From: Bacteroidales bacterium
GTDB lineage: Bacteria; Bacteroidota; Bacteroidia; Bacteroidales; Muribaculaceae
Length of the DNA: 64,000 bases
Assembly: GCA_014800535.1 (NCBI GenBank)
Contig: JAAVFW010000024.1
Span: forward strand, 681 to 64,680
Direction: 5' to 3'
Below the pieces are notes generated by a model that did not search any database, was not told where the DNA came from, and saw only the letters and a program-made list of their open reading frames with translations. Every line of letters starts with the position of its first letter. Within the stretch, counting starts at the first letter, position 1. Both the position numbers and the translations under genes were made by a program. Positions 49,097 to 59,871 of this stretch are shown in pieces.

Positions 49097-52000
49097 TTAA
49101 CGAACCGCGAGCTTAGCTGTCTTGATGTTGCCATTCTCATCAGCTGCGCGAACGATATAGATGCCATTGAGACCTTCGTTTGCCACGCGGCTTCCTGAGA
49201 GTGTGTAAACCTCAACTCCATTTTCGTTGCCGTTAGCAAGAATCTTGCCACCAACCACTGTCAGGATGATTTCAGCATTTGCCAAATCAGAAGAAATTTC
49301 ATTTCTGTCAGAGAGGTCTTCCACGCCGATAGTGTGGATGATATCACCTGTGATAGCAGCACCTGTTGCAGCATCGATGATGATACATGCGATTGATACA
49401 TTCTTGTTATCCTCAGGATCAGCGCTTGCAAGTGTTCTGGGACGGTCAAGACCGATGCACTGTTCGATCACTTCGTCAACCTTAACATTGCGGGGGATAA
49501 GATTACCCTGACCATAGAATGAGTTGCCGGCAATGCCACGAGCAACATGGCTGTAGTTGACTGCTACGTGATCTGAGCCATATTTGCCACCGTTACCCCA
49601 GTCGCCATAGATAGGATCAGTCATGTTAGAGAAGTAGTTGGTCTGGACACCGGGAAGTTCATCTTCAAGAACAAGAGTGAAGACGTTGTAGTTTACGTTC
49701 TCACGGTTGATAGCAAACTCAACATTAAACTTAACCTCTAACTTCTGGTTTTCGCGGCAGAAGTAAGCCTTTTCGATTTCAAGCTTAGCCTCAGCGGGAT
49801 TTTCGAGTTCACGAGATACATAGTCAAACCAAGTCTGATCGCGTTCGGGAGTAGCGAACTGACCGTTATACATCGGAGCCTTGATATGGTCAGCACGGTT
49901 CACCTTACCTGAAGGATAGCCTGAAAGACCGATGAAGCTTTCATATTCGGGATAAGCGTAGGTGTCGTTATTGTGGATAGCGACAGGGATCACCTGACCG
50001 GGGAACATTGATTCAAGATAATCGAATGCAAGAGTACCCTGCGGGCAGTTACCACACCAAGAGCCGGTGATTTCCTCAACAAGCACTTTCTTCTTGAACT
50101 CATATTTGAGGTTCTTAACATTGGCAGGGATTGACTGAGTGTCGCCGTCAACGTCAAGAGTAATCACGTAGGGGTTGTCAGCACCTGATTCAAGTTTCAT
50201 CTTCTTAGCGAAAGTGAACTCGTAAGTAGCTCCGGGAGCGATATTAGCGTCAGCCTCGTAAGAATCAGTTGAGCCTGTAAGCTCGTTCTTGTAAGAAGCC
50301 TTGATTTTCTTAACAGTTTCCTCACCCTGGTTAGTTACAGCAAGACTAACTTCAACGTCGTCTTTCACGAGAACAACCTCAGGAGTTGTCACTTCAGCCA
50401 CAAACTTACCCTGGTATGCTACAAGGATATCGTCAAGGAAGATAGCAGACTGATTTTCATTTTCGTTGACAAAAGCGATGTAGACACTCTGACCGGCATA
50501 CTTGTCAAGCTGGAATTTCTTTTCCTGCCATTCACCTTCGAGACCCTGTTCGGTGCGACCTGAAGAAAGACGTTCGTTGAAGATTACGTCACCTTCTTCA
50601 CGCATGCGATCGATGATCTGTTTGTTGACAGAACCGAAAGTTTCGTCACAAGGCCAAACGATTACCTTGAGGTAGTCAGCCTTAGTCTGACGGTAGCTCT
50701 GAGCTTTGAAAGAAAGATAGATATCCTTGTTGTCGATGAGCAGCTGGTTAGTCACCATCCAGTCGTCACTCTTACCTTTGGGGCTATACATAGAGTGAGA
50801 GCAAGCAGCATAGTTGTAGTTCTGTTCATCTTCACGAATAGAGAAGTTCCAGGGAGTGTTGTCGGCATCGAATCCCCAATCCTGCATTGCAGAAGTCGGA
50901 GTGTTGTGGTCGCCTTCATACTGCATCCAGTTGTTCAGAGATTCATTCGGGCTGTCGAAAGAGTCAGCGAAACGAACACCGGGATTTGTGCTGCCTGCGC
51001 TTGTGTAAAGACCGGTGAATCCGAACTCGAACGGTTCGTTTGCACAGAAACCGATGATATCGGTAACCATACCTGCCGGAACCTTGATTTCATACTCAGT
51101 GTCTTTCTTGAGCTTATAGTCAGTGGGGCTGTAAAGTCTGAGAACCTTACCGTCGACCACACCGTCAAGAGCAGTCACAGGAGCGTCATTACCCTTAATA
51201 TAGAGACCTGCATAAACACCGGTGGTCTTTGCAATATTAGTGTTGAAGTTGATAACGATAGGATTAGTCATATCGATATCTCTTACGAAACTACCGTCGG
51301 CAGGATCGATACCTTCAACCTTAACCGGACCATCTTCACGACCAACGTATGTCACAGTGATTTCAGGGTTCTTGCTGTTTGAATTTTCAAGATAGAAAAG
51401 ACCTTCAGGAACATTCACAGTGTAATATTCACCTGCCTTGAAGATAGTTTCAGGGAACTCAATGGTGAACTGAGAATTAGTCTGGTTTACAGGCTTAATG
51501 TCGATTGACTCAGCAACCACGTTACCCTTGTCATCCTTGATTGAAGCCTTCAGATTAGTGTTGATGTCAGCATGGTTAGAGAGCTGAACAGTGAAATACT
51601 GGAAGTGAGCAAGGTCACTGTTAGCAAACGGAGCATACTGATATGTAGCGAGCACATTCACATCACCGGCCACATCATAAAGTGATTTGGGCAGGATAAG
51701 GGTGTAAGGTTCGTTACGGGGGATTGCATTTGCACCGATAACGAGACCATTGTCGCTGATACCGCTCATGAAGCCGGTAGAGCTCCAGCCTGTCTCACCA
51801 CCGAAGTCGATGCCATACACCTGATTAAGAATCATGTGAAGGTCGACCAAAGTGCCGTTGTGGTCAACACAAAGTGAGCTGACGGGGCTTGATGCGGTTG
51901 CACCGACTGAATAGTAGAAATTACCGTCGTTGTCGATGTGAGTCACATTACCAAGAACTCTGGGGAAAGTGATTTCACCTGTCTCCATGTTCTTAAGGAA

Positions 52001-52870
52001 TGAGCGACCGCCACGGTCGATTTCCTCTTCCTCCATGTCGAAACCATACTGGAAAGCAAGCAGCCACTTACCGTTGTTGCTCATCTTGGCAGAACGTGCG
52101 GGATAGCTCTTTCCGTTTTCTTCGTAAGAGATCCAGCTCCATTCCTGCTTCTCGATGTCATACAAGAAGACAGCATTACCCCAGCTGCGGTTATGGTCAA
52201 GACCACCGATGGCATACTTGCCGTCGGGAGAAATCTGCATCAGGCGGATATTAGCGTATGTGTCCTGTGAACCAAGATATTCTTCCCAGTCACCGCGAAG
52301 CATGAAACCTGCTTTGTAAGCATCTTCACGAGTGGGATAGTTACCGGTTGTCACTTCATATTCCTGAGTCTCATCATTCCAAGTCCAGATTACACTGGTG
52401 AAGACTGACCAAGCCTGGTGCACGATACCGATTACCACCTTACCGTCGGGGGTACAAGCATCTGCCTCACCTGACCATTTGCTGAACTGGCGTGCAAGGG
52501 GAAGATATTCCCAAGTGCCTTTATCAAGGTCATAATATCCGGGAGCATTGTTAAGGCTACCGAACACTCTCTTACCATCGTTGGTAATATCATTCATTCG
52601 AGCGATTGAACCAGGCTCAACATCACCTTCAGGATAATTAATCCACTTACCATTGCGGACATCGATTACCTGAACTTTAGCATTCGTCTCATCATTAGAG
52701 GGACACTGCCAGAGAGCCCAGTCTCCATTGTCAGAAAGAGTCGAAAGCCACCCTTCTGCAGGAAGATCATAGGTGGACAGGGTTACACCATTCTTCTCCA
52801 CTGTGACAGCACCTGCCAGAAGAGCGGAAGGAAGAGCGAGACCCAACATCCAGTTTCTTAAATTCTTCAT
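49097..52870 (-). CDS. T9SS-secreted multidomain protein: beta-propeller, Ig-like, cleaved-adhesin-like and Omp28 (CxxC) domains
   Basis: SDNG/TNDG/TPDG/SPDG propeller repeats; SDDWMVT...VYIAF...LDDI adhesin module; VLVEEITGSWCGNCPQG and HVAR Omp28 motifs; CTD VYTLSG...GIYIV...KLAVR. Confidence 0.82.
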   Translation of the reverse strand: MKNLRNWMLGLALPSALLAGAVTVEKNGVTLSTYDLPAEGWLSTLSDNGDWALWQCPSNDETNAKVQVIDVRNGKWINYPEGDVEPGSIARMNDITNDGKRVFGSLNNAPGYYDLDKGTWEYLPLARQFSKWSGEADACTPDGKVVIGIVHQAWSVFTSVIWTWNDETQEYEVTTGNYPTREDAYKAGFMLRGDWEEYLGSQDTYANIRLMQISPDGKYAIGGLDHNRSWGNAVFLYDIEKQEWSWISYEENGKSYPARSAKMSNNGKWLLAFQYGFDMEEEEIDRGGRSFLKNMETGEITFPRVLGNVTHIDNDGNFYYSVGATASSPVSSLCVDHNGTLVDLHMILNQVYGIDFGGETGWSSTGFMSGISDNGLVIGANAIPRNEPYTLILPKSLYDVAGDVNVLATYQYAPFANSDLAHFQYFTVQLSNHADINTNLKASIKDDKGNVVAESIDIKPVNQTNSQFTIEFPETIFKAGEYYTVNVPEGLFYLENSNSKNPEITVTYVGREDGPVKVEGIDPADGSFVRDIDMTNPIVINFNTNIAKTTGVYAGLYIKGNDAPVTALDGVVDGKVLRLYSPTDYKLKKDTEYEIKVPAGMVTDIIGFCANEPFEFGFTGLYTSAGSTNPGVRFADSFDSPNESLNNWMQYEGDHNTPTSAMQDWGFDADNTPWNFSIREDEQNYNYAACSHSMYSPKGKSDDWMVTNQLLIDNKDIYLSFKAQSYRQTKADYLKVIVWPCDETFGSVNKQIIDRMREEGDVIFNERLSSGRTEQGLEGEWQEKKFQLDKYAGQSVYIAFVNENENQSAIFLDDILVAYQGKFVAEVTTPEVVLVKDDVEVSLAVTNQGEETVKKIKASYKNELTGSTDSYEADANIAPGATYEFTFAKKMKLESGADNPYVITLDVDGDTQSIPANVKNLKYEFKKKVLVEEITGSWCGNCPQGTLAFDYLESMFPGQVIPVAIHNNDTYAYPEYESFIGLSGYPSGKVNRADHIKAPMYNGQFATPERDQTWFDYVSRELENPAEAKLEIEKAYFCRENQKLEVKFNVEFAINRENVNYNVFTLVLEDELPGVQTNYFSNMTDPIYGDWGNGGKYGSDHVAVNYSHVARGIAGNSFYGQGNLIPRNVKVDEVIEQCIGLDRPRTLASADPEDNKNVSIACIIIDAATGAAITGDIIHTIGVEDLSDRNEISSDLANAEIILTVVGGKILANGNENGVEVYTLSGSRVANEGLNGIYIVRAADENGNIKTAKLAVR

Positions 52871-53002
52871 TTGTTAATAGGTTAGTATGATAATATTTAA
52901 TAATTGTTTTTCTTATTTAAAATTTCCAATCCTCATGCAGCCTTTTCACACCTCCATATAAGGAAAAGAAATGAAATGTATTCAGACTAATAAAAGTGAC
53001 TA

Positions 53003-53722
53003 TTACTTCACAATCACTTTGGTTGATTTATCGGCGATACGGACAACATACATCCCGTTAAGATTCATGTTTTCCACCCGACTTCCGGTGAGGTCATAAA
53101 CCTCAACTTCTTCGTCAGCAACAACAGCACCGTCAATAATTTTGAAGTCGACTCCTTCAGAAGCAACGCTTTCAATTCCGGTGTCAATGCCGGGATCCTT
53201 ATATTCCATCTTGAGAGTAAACTCAAGTGTCTCACGACCATAAACCACCTTTATTGCCGATGTCGATCTAAGTTCCATCGGAACAGGATGAGCATAATTT
53301 GACGACACCATGTAAATCTGACCGACTCCGGTCACATTTGCCGGCAAGATCTGGTTATGAGTATACTTCTCTCCGGCATGAAGATATTCACAAGTACCTG
53401 AAGGGAAACCTCCGATTACCTTTATACCACAGAAAGCAACTGTGGGGTCAGTAACGACAACACCATCCCAATATCTTATATAACCATCGCCAAGATTAGT
53501 AACAGTGACTTGAATGTCAGTGCCCTTTTCAGAAATAAAATTTACAACAGGTTTTAGTTCCCAACTGTAGACTTCGCCATTAAGTTCAACAGCAACGTCT
53601 CTTGAAGAAATTACGACCTCGCCATTGCTTACCGGTTTGCCGTCGACAGTTACAGTCAGATCCTGAGCTCGTGATACGATACAAAGAGAGAGGAACAAAA
53701 CAATAGTAAAAAATTTTCTCAC
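53003..53722 (-). CDS. Small T9SS-secreted protein
   Basis: Signal peptide; CTD VYDLTG...GMYVVR...KVIVK; GTG start. Confidence 0.75.
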   Translation of the reverse strand: MRKFFTIVLFLSLCIVSRAQDLTVTVDGKPVSNGEVVISSRDVAVELNGEVYSWELKPVVNFISEKGTDIQVTVTNLGDGYIRYWDGVVVTDPTVAFCGIKVIGGFPSGTCEYLHAGEKYTHNQILPANVTGVGQIYMVSSNYAHPVPMELRSTSAIKVVYGRETLEFTLKMEYKDPGIDTGIESVASEGVDFKIIDGAVVADEEVEVYDLTGSRVENMNLNGMYVVRIADKSTKVIVK

Positions 53723-53757
53723 AACTTTTATTTTATTAATAAAAAGTTTTTGGGAAA

Positions 53758-53781
53758 ACCGGGAGACTTCCGTCCCCCGGT
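53758..53781 (-). terminator. Terminator hairpin
   Basis: ACCGGGAGAC-TTCC-GTCCCCCGGT with T-run on the minus strand. Confidence 0.6.
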
Positions 53782-53864
53782 CAAATATGTAACGTGTTAT
53801 TTATTCCGATAATATATCACGGTAATAAATATCCGTAGGTTTTAACAATTATTAGCAATTACAA

Positions 53865-56800
53865 TCAGTTGTTCTGAATTTTAACAGCCTGAGTCTTGCC
53901 TTCGTAAGTTACAGTGACAACATAGATGCCGGCAGGAACCTTAGCATTAAGGATGTCGTTGCCTGCAGTTGCAGTGTAAGTGCCCATAGCAGCACCGCTA
54001 ACTGTGAAGACATTGACAATCATACCGTCTTTAAGACCGGTTACTACGATTTCGCCACCTTCGCTGTAAACATAGAGGTCGAAGTCAGTAACAGTTTCAA
54101 CCTTGCTACCACCGGTGAGAGTGATACCGTCGAACTCATATTCAGCAACTACTTTAGCGTCAGCAGTAAGTTCAGGAGTAGTGTAGACGTTATTGTTAAC
54201 ATCAGCAGTTACGTCAGCGTCGTTGAAGAGCACCTTAGCAACCTTCCAGCCCTGAGCGGGAGCAAGAGTGATGTTGGCAGCTGAACCCTTAAGCACGTCA
54301 GAAACAGTTGTTGCAAGACCTGCAATTTCCTGAGTGAGGGCTACAGACTCAGCAACAGCTTCAGCAGAAGCACCTGTGATGTTGATGCGAACAGCGGGGA
54401 AGTCGATGTCAGAACCTTCAAGGAAGATTGTGTTGGCATTGATCATGAGAGTATATTCCTGACCGGGTTCAAGCTGAAGAGGTTTGCCATCCTGCATGAA
54501 CTCAGCGATAATCATAGTCACACCGTTGTTGAAAGCAGTGATAAGGTTAGCGTTTGCAACCACACCTTCGTCTGTGCGGAGAGACATACGAGCGTTCTCA
54601 GCGAGAGAAATAGCAGCGTCAGCGTAAACAACTACGTAAGAGAGTTCGTTGACGATTGAACCGTCGGCGATAGAGAAGCTTGAGAATTGAGGCTCGCCGT
54701 CGATTGTGAAGTCGATAAACATCGGACGGTTAGAAGAACCGGTGAACTCAGTACCGAGAGAGAATGCACCGAAGGGAACAACAAGTGTGTACTTGCCGGG
54801 AGCTGTAATCTCCTTATCAAGGTTGAAGGTAACTTTAGTTGAAATAGTGTCGTCGATACCTTCGTTAGTCAGAACATTACCATTTGCGTCATATTTAACC
54901 TCTGAAGACATAACAACCTCTGCTACACGAGCACCGCTTGAAGTAGTGAGGTAAGGTTTGTCAAGAGCTGAACCAAGAGCGATTGCACCATTGTCAGATG
55001 CAGTTGCAGCGAACTCAAAGATGTTTTCAACCACACCGCTTTCGGGAGTGATGTTTACGAGAGGACAACCAAGGTGACAATCCCAAGAGAATCGGAATAC
55101 AGATTTCTCCTCCTCAGAGTTGTTACCCTTAACTACGAGACCGTCGTCATCCTTAGCAGCAACTGCTACAGAAACAGAACTCTTTTCATCCTTAATCATA
55201 GAGGGTTCGAGAGTAAAGGTCCAGATTGTGCGCTCTTCGTTAGCAGGCATCGGAGTGTAAAGAGGAGTTGTCACACCCATACCTACAATATAATTAACCT
55301 TAACGTCTACAGGCTGAGAGAACTCAAGACGGAACACCTGATTAACGTTGAAAAGTTCAGCACCGTCAGCAGGGAATACGCTTACGAGTTCTGCAGGAGA
55401 ATATACGTAGGCAGCTGAACCACCCTTAACAGTAGTTTGAACAATACCCCAATCAGGACGGAGTTCGGGAGCAATGTGAGAGTCTTCGCAGTCGATTGTG
55501 ACTGTATAAACAAAGTCGTCTGTAAGCTTAGTTGAACCATAGAGTTCAGTCTCGAAGTATTCAGCTTTCTTACAGTTGTTATAACCTTCCCACATTTCGA
55601 TGCGCTTGTCATAAACTGTGCCTTCATTACCATATTCGTCGATACCCTGATGAGAAATAGCGACGTTCACCTCAGCTGCGTCATCAAACACATTGGGACG
55701 CACACGGATTGACCAACCTGCACCGACAAAAGGAACAACTGTGTTGGGGTTCATAAGGTCGAGCTGCTCACCTGTTTCATTGTTGATAAGGTAAGCATAT
55801 TCGATTTCGAGCTTGCGGTCATCATCACCTACGGAAGGAGCGGTATATGTCCAGGTCTTGCTGAACGCTTCGCTCTTCACACCATTCTTATCGGTTATAA
55901 AACCTGCGGGAATGTCAAGAGTATAAACACCTGATACATTCACATCGTCGGTACGCAAGATGATGGTCTGCATCATGCTGATCATATCCATCACTTCAAG
56001 AGGGAACTTATTGCCATCCTGGTCAACAAGGAAGAGACTTACAGATTTGTCGTATGTTGCGCCGTTAGCAACCTCGAAGTTGATGTTACCGAAAGTTGCA
56101 CCTTCTACAGTATCACCTTTGGGGTATGTATTTTCAAACTTAGCGCTTGAAGCAGCTTCGCCTACAACTTCAACAAAGACACTCACTACGTCGTTGCCAT
56201 ATTTGTCGTCAGCATTTCCTTTAGGATAGATAGTACCATCTTGAATAAGGAGTTCATAGTTGGCAGCTTCAGACTGAGGCGCATTAAGTGTGAACACTAC
56301 AGTCTTGTCGTCACCAGCCTTCATCGATGCTTTTGCATAGGTTGCAGCATTCCACATGTCTGCACCAAAGACCTCGAAATTAATGTTTGCTATGAACTCG
56401 CTAAGTTCTACTTCCTGGTCGAAAGTAACCTCGATAGTAGAGAGCTCAGCAACGGGAACAGCAGGAAGAGTTGTTACCACCTTGGGTTTAGAGGCAGTCA
56501 CCACACCTGCACCGGCAATGGTGTAAGTCAGCTCAATCTTTGCGTTTGTCACATTTTTATCAGCACCATTACCATAAAGGTCTTCACCGAATGAATTTTC
56601 ATTGATGATAACAGTGTATGTGCCGGGGTCAGTGATTGTGGGTCTACAAACAAGAATAGTCTGATTCCATGCTTGTCCACCTTCAGAGTCAAGAGTAGCA
56701 ACTTTAGTGCCTTCAGCATTTACAACCTCGCCTACGATGTAGCTATTTTCGTCAACATAGGCAATATCAGATGTCCAGTTAACTGTGATTCTGGAAAGCT

Positions 56801-56954
56801 CGGTGACAGTTCCCTGAGCCGGGACCGTATTAATAATTTGCAGGTCGCCGACAGCCTTGGGAGCACGTGCGGCACGCTGAGACACCTGCGCCCATGCTGT
56901 CACACCCAAAATGAGGGTGAGAAGCGAGAGCGTAATAGTCTTAATTCGTCTCAT
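53865..56954 (-). CDS. T9SS-secreted protein with tandem Ig-like domains
   Basis: Repeated P..G.V..L..I.V.F and G.Y.L.IP.G.F modules; CTD VFTVSG...AGIYVV...KIQNN. Confidence 0.78.
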   Translation of the reverse strand: MRRIKTITLSLLTLILGVTAWAQVSQRAARAPKAVGDLQIINTVPAQGTVTELSRITVNWTSDIAYVDENSYIVGEVVNAEGTKVATLDSEGGQAWNQTILVCRPTITDPGTYTVIINENSFGEDLYGNGADKNVTNAKIELTYTIAGAGVVTASKPKVVTTLPAVPVAELSTIEVTFDQEVELSEFIANINFEVFGADMWNAATYAKASMKAGDDKTVVFTLNAPQSEAANYELLIQDGTIYPKGNADDKYGNDVVSVFVEVVGEAASSAKFENTYPKGDTVEGATFGNINFEVANGATYDKSVSLFLVDQDGNKFPLEVMDMISMMQTIILRTDDVNVSGVYTLDIPAGFITDKNGVKSEAFSKTWTYTAPSVGDDDRKLEIEYAYLINNETGEQLDLMNPNTVVPFVGAGWSIRVRPNVFDDAAEVNVAISHQGIDEYGNEGTVYDKRIEMWEGYNNCKKAEYFETELYGSTKLTDDFVYTVTIDCEDSHIAPELRPDWGIVQTTVKGGSAAYVYSPAELVSVFPADGAELFNVNQVFRLEFSQPVDVKVNYIVGMGVTTPLYTPMPANEERTIWTFTLEPSMIKDEKSSVSVAVAAKDDDGLVVKGNNSEEEKSVFRFSWDCHLGCPLVNITPESGVVENIFEFAATASDNGAIALGSALDKPYLTTSSGARVAEVVMSSEVKYDANGNVLTNEGIDDTISTKVTFNLDKEITAPGKYTLVVPFGAFSLGTEFTGSSNRPMFIDFTIDGEPQFSSFSIADGSIVNELSYVVVYADAAISLAENARMSLRTDEGVVANANLITAFNNGVTMIIAEFMQDGKPLQLEPGQEYTLMINANTIFLEGSDIDFPAVRINITGASAEAVAESVALTQEIAGLATTVSDVLKGSAANITLAPAQGWKVAKVLFNDADVTADVNNNVYTTPELTADAKVVAEYEFDGITLTGGSKVETVTDFDLYVYSEGGEIVVTGLKDGMIVNVFTVSGAAMGTYTATAGNDILNAKVPAGIYVVTVTYEGKTQAVKIQNN

Positions 56955-57004
56955 AATAGATTAGTTTTAGTTTATAAAAAAATTATTATTTGGTTTGATA
57001 ATCG

Positions 57005-57035
57005 TGCGGAGCCGGAGAGCAACACCGGCTCCGCA
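57005..57035 (-). terminator. Hairpin between T9SS cargo genes
   Basis: TGCGGAGCCGG...CCGGCTCCGCA. Confidence 0.65.
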
Positions 57036-57059
57036 AAATTTATTCGTCAAAGTTCAGAA

Positions 57060-59384
57060 TCAAAGCACAACCACTTTCTTTCCTGCTGCAACATAAAGAC
57101 CGGCAGGAAGAGTTACGTTGACAGTTTCGCCTGCTCCAACAGCTACTGTTGCCACGCGAATGCCCACAAGGTTGTAGATGTCGAAAGAAGTTTCAGCAAC
57201 CGCAGTGATTTCGAGGCCACCATTCAAACCGATAACACTTACACCTTCAGCAACTGAGGGAACCTCAATGACACCGGTGTTCTGGTCAACCTTAATCTTG
57301 CGGATCATAAGCACGCTCTCACGCTGAGCACATCCGGTGAAAGTGAGCACCTGCTTGCCTGAAAGCACACCGAGAGGAATGCTTTCTTTCTGCCAGCTTG
57401 CAGAGCCATCCCAGTTTGAACCTTCATTGTATTCAACCATCTTGCCGTTATATTCGGTGATGGTCTTCACATCCTTGACGTCGCCAACAGGGCCTACGCC
57501 GATTGTAAGACCGGGAGTAGCACCGGGCACTTCACCGAACCATCCGGGTTCAGCACCCTGCGCGAGCTGCGGACCATCGGGGTTTGAGGGGTCGGCGGGT
57601 TGCCAAGGTTTCTGAGTCTCCATAGCCCATTCGAACTCAAGGACAGCCTCACCGGTGGTGAAGGGGAGTTCGGGAGTTGTGAAGGTCAGGCTGTAAGATG
57701 TGCCATCTTTTTCATTGTTGGGAAGAGTGCCGTTGAAAGTGCGTTCCTTGTCGTAGTCACGACGACGGGGAGTCCAGCCCCACTGGTCGTTTGAAGTCTC
57801 AGTGCCGACGGGAAGCTGTCCGAAAGGCCACAATTCGAGTTCAGGCTCGTAAGGGAGAGTTGCCACAGGCACACTGAAAGTGTTTGCACCTGATGCAGAA
57901 ACAACACCATCCTTAACGTTCCAGATTTTGAACATGCTGGGATAGTTGGCACGAAGGTCGGATGCAGGTATAAACATTTCATCGTCTTCACCAACATAGA
58001 TTACTTTTCCGCCGCCGGGGAGCTCATCGCCAACCTTAACGTCGGCCTCAGGCACACCGTTGAACACACCGTAATAACCCTGGTCAGTGAGAGCAGCTTC
58101 AGCAGAATAAGCAACGATTACGGGGAGTTCCGAATCCCATTTCACAGTTACACCTTCCTCGTCGACTGTTGTATAGAACACATCGGGGGGAAGCTGAGTG
58201 ACTGCCATTGACTCCTTAGCGGGGTTTGTCTTGTTATAGTTGGGATAACCATTGACGCTGAGTGCAGCTACATAAAGAGTTGCATCCGGCTCAATCTCGT
58301 CGACTGTCACTGTGGGGTTTTCGTCGTTGCGATAATAAATAAGAGTGGCATTGCCAATCTTAGTGCCGAAACCGTTCTGTTCGTCGTGAACGCGATAAGA
58401 GATTCCGTCGGTGGGGAAATCAGCATCGGTGAAAGGCTCGTTGCTTACAAGAATCATTGTAGCATCAGCGCCTTCAGCCTTCTTACATGAGATGACTGCG
58501 GAAGTCTCAACCTGCTCAATCTTAAGATCTGTCGGAGCGTTAGCCGGAGCAGGAGTGTTGGCTGCGGGTGTGAATGTCAGCACGAAGCTTTCGTTGTCGT
58601 CAGCCTGATCAGACCATGAGATATATGTTTCAGGCTCAAGCATACTGGCATTAACACCAGTCAGAAGCTGCTTCTTTGCTGTCACCGAACCTGTGACGAT
58701 TGCCTGGTCGCGCTGGTCCCAACCATGAAGACCGGTCATGAAGCCGTTGCTTGAGAAGGGGTAGTCGCCCACGAAAGCCATTTCGATTTTACCATCTGCC
58801 TCATGGAGACGGATCTGAAGAGAGAATTTGCTTCGACGGCTATCGACAGTTGAACCGATGTCGTCAAGCACCATTTTATAGAACTGAACGACAAGGACAC
58901 GATTGCCGGCCTCGCCAACAGTTTTATAAGAAACCTCTCCACTTCTAACACCATACATCATGGGAGCCATACTGATAATAAAGGGGCTCTCATACTGATA
59001 GGAAAGAGGTTTTGAGATGAATGGAATGCCACAGCCACGATAATCAACCTGGTCTTTACCGAGCTGAATCATGCCGTTGGCGCAGACAGTGAACTGATTG
59101 AAAGTGTTACCACCCATGCGGAAGTCGAATCCGATGGGGAAACCGGCTCCACGATAACCGTTGATTGACTGAGTGCCGTCGGCAAAAATAAATGCAGAGG
59201 CAACCTGGCTGGTGCTGTTACCTACGGTTGTGCCGTCGGTAAAGAACTCCCATCCTTCTCCAAGTGCATTTTCCAAACCGGTGGTGTATTGGTTGGAAAG
59301 CGTGTACTGCGGTATATTGCCGGCGAATGCAAGGCCCGGTAGGGTTAGGCCTGCGGCAAGTACCATAGAATGAAGTAGTTTCAT
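57060..59384 (-). CDS. T9SS-secreted protein with FN3-like domains
   Basis: Signal peptide; PIGFDF...F.V..NG.I module; P.DG..Y and GDEL.GG.VIY.G repeats; CTD IYNLVG...LPAGLYV...KKVVVL. Confidence 0.78.
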   Translation of the reverse strand: MKLLHSMVLAAGLTLPGLAFAGNIPQYTLSNQYTTGLENALGEGWEFFTDGTTVGNSTSQVASAFIFADGTQSINGYRGAGFPIGFDFRMGGNTFNQFTVCANGMIQLGKDQVDYRGCGIPFISKPLSYQYESPFIISMAPMMYGVRSGEVSYKTVGEAGNRVLVVQFYKMVLDDIGSTVDSRRSKFSLQIRLHEADGKIEMAFVGDYPFSSNGFMTGLHGWDQRDQAIVTGSVTAKKQLLTGVNASMLEPETYISWSDQADDNESFVLTFTPAANTPAPANAPTDLKIEQVETSAVISCKKAEGADATMILVSNEPFTDADFPTDGISYRVHDEQNGFGTKIGNATLIYYRNDENPTVTVDEIEPDATLYVAALSVNGYPNYNKTNPAKESMAVTQLPPDVFYTTVDEEGVTVKWDSELPVIVAYSAEAALTDQGYYGVFNGVPEADVKVGDELPGGGKVIYVGEDDEMFIPASDLRANYPSMFKIWNVKDGVVSASGANTFSVPVATLPYEPELELWPFGQLPVGTETSNDQWGWTPRRRDYDKERTFNGTLPNNEKDGTSYSLTFTTPELPFTTGEAVLEFEWAMETQKPWQPADPSNPDGPQLAQGAEPGWFGEVPGATPGLTIGVGPVGDVKDVKTITEYNGKMVEYNEGSNWDGSASWQKESIPLGVLSGKQVLTFTGCAQRESVLMIRKIKVDQNTGVIEVPSVAEGVSVIGLNGGLEITAVAETSFDIYNLVGIRVATVAVGAGETVNVTLPAGLYVAAGKKVVVL

Positions 59385-59773
59385 TTATTATAAAATGTTA
59401 AGTATGTAATTATGTTTCAAATATTCTTTGAGTTATATATATAATGCAATAATTATCAAGAGATAATTCAGCAATTAGAACAGGTGTAGTATTAATTCAA
59501 AAGGCGTAAACAAATGGCTACAATTTATTTTGTAATCCATATAAATTTTAGCCTTATAACCATGTCGTAAAGTTATACAAATTTCATATTACTTCCAAAT
59601 ATTCAAGTATTATTTTCCATTTATTTTGTCATTCGGCGTTAAACTTTTTAACGAGTTTATGAATAAATTATTGCAAAGAAAATAAAAAATAATAAATAAA
59701 TAAATCGTATACGCTTTCGGATAATAAAAAGATTCGCAAAATAACAAAATACATTTCGCCCGAAATTTTAACT

Positions 59774-59813
59774 AAAAAAGACTCGAACACCGGATAATCA
59801 GTGTTCGAGTTTT
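59774..59813 (-). terminator. Terminator after prfB
   Basis: A-run, GACTCGAACAC...GTGTTCGAGTT. Confidence 0.8.
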
Positions 59814-59871
59814 CATTTTTAATTAAAAAAACTTAGTTTCCTGAGATTAAGACCCCGTTCCCCAATATTTG

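Noticed and set aside
59385-59870. Invertible promoter or riboswitch upstream of the T9SS cluster
   Set aside because: Very AT-rich, but I found no convincing flanking inverted repeats or aptamer consensus, only the prfB terminator and a weak TAACTTTA box.
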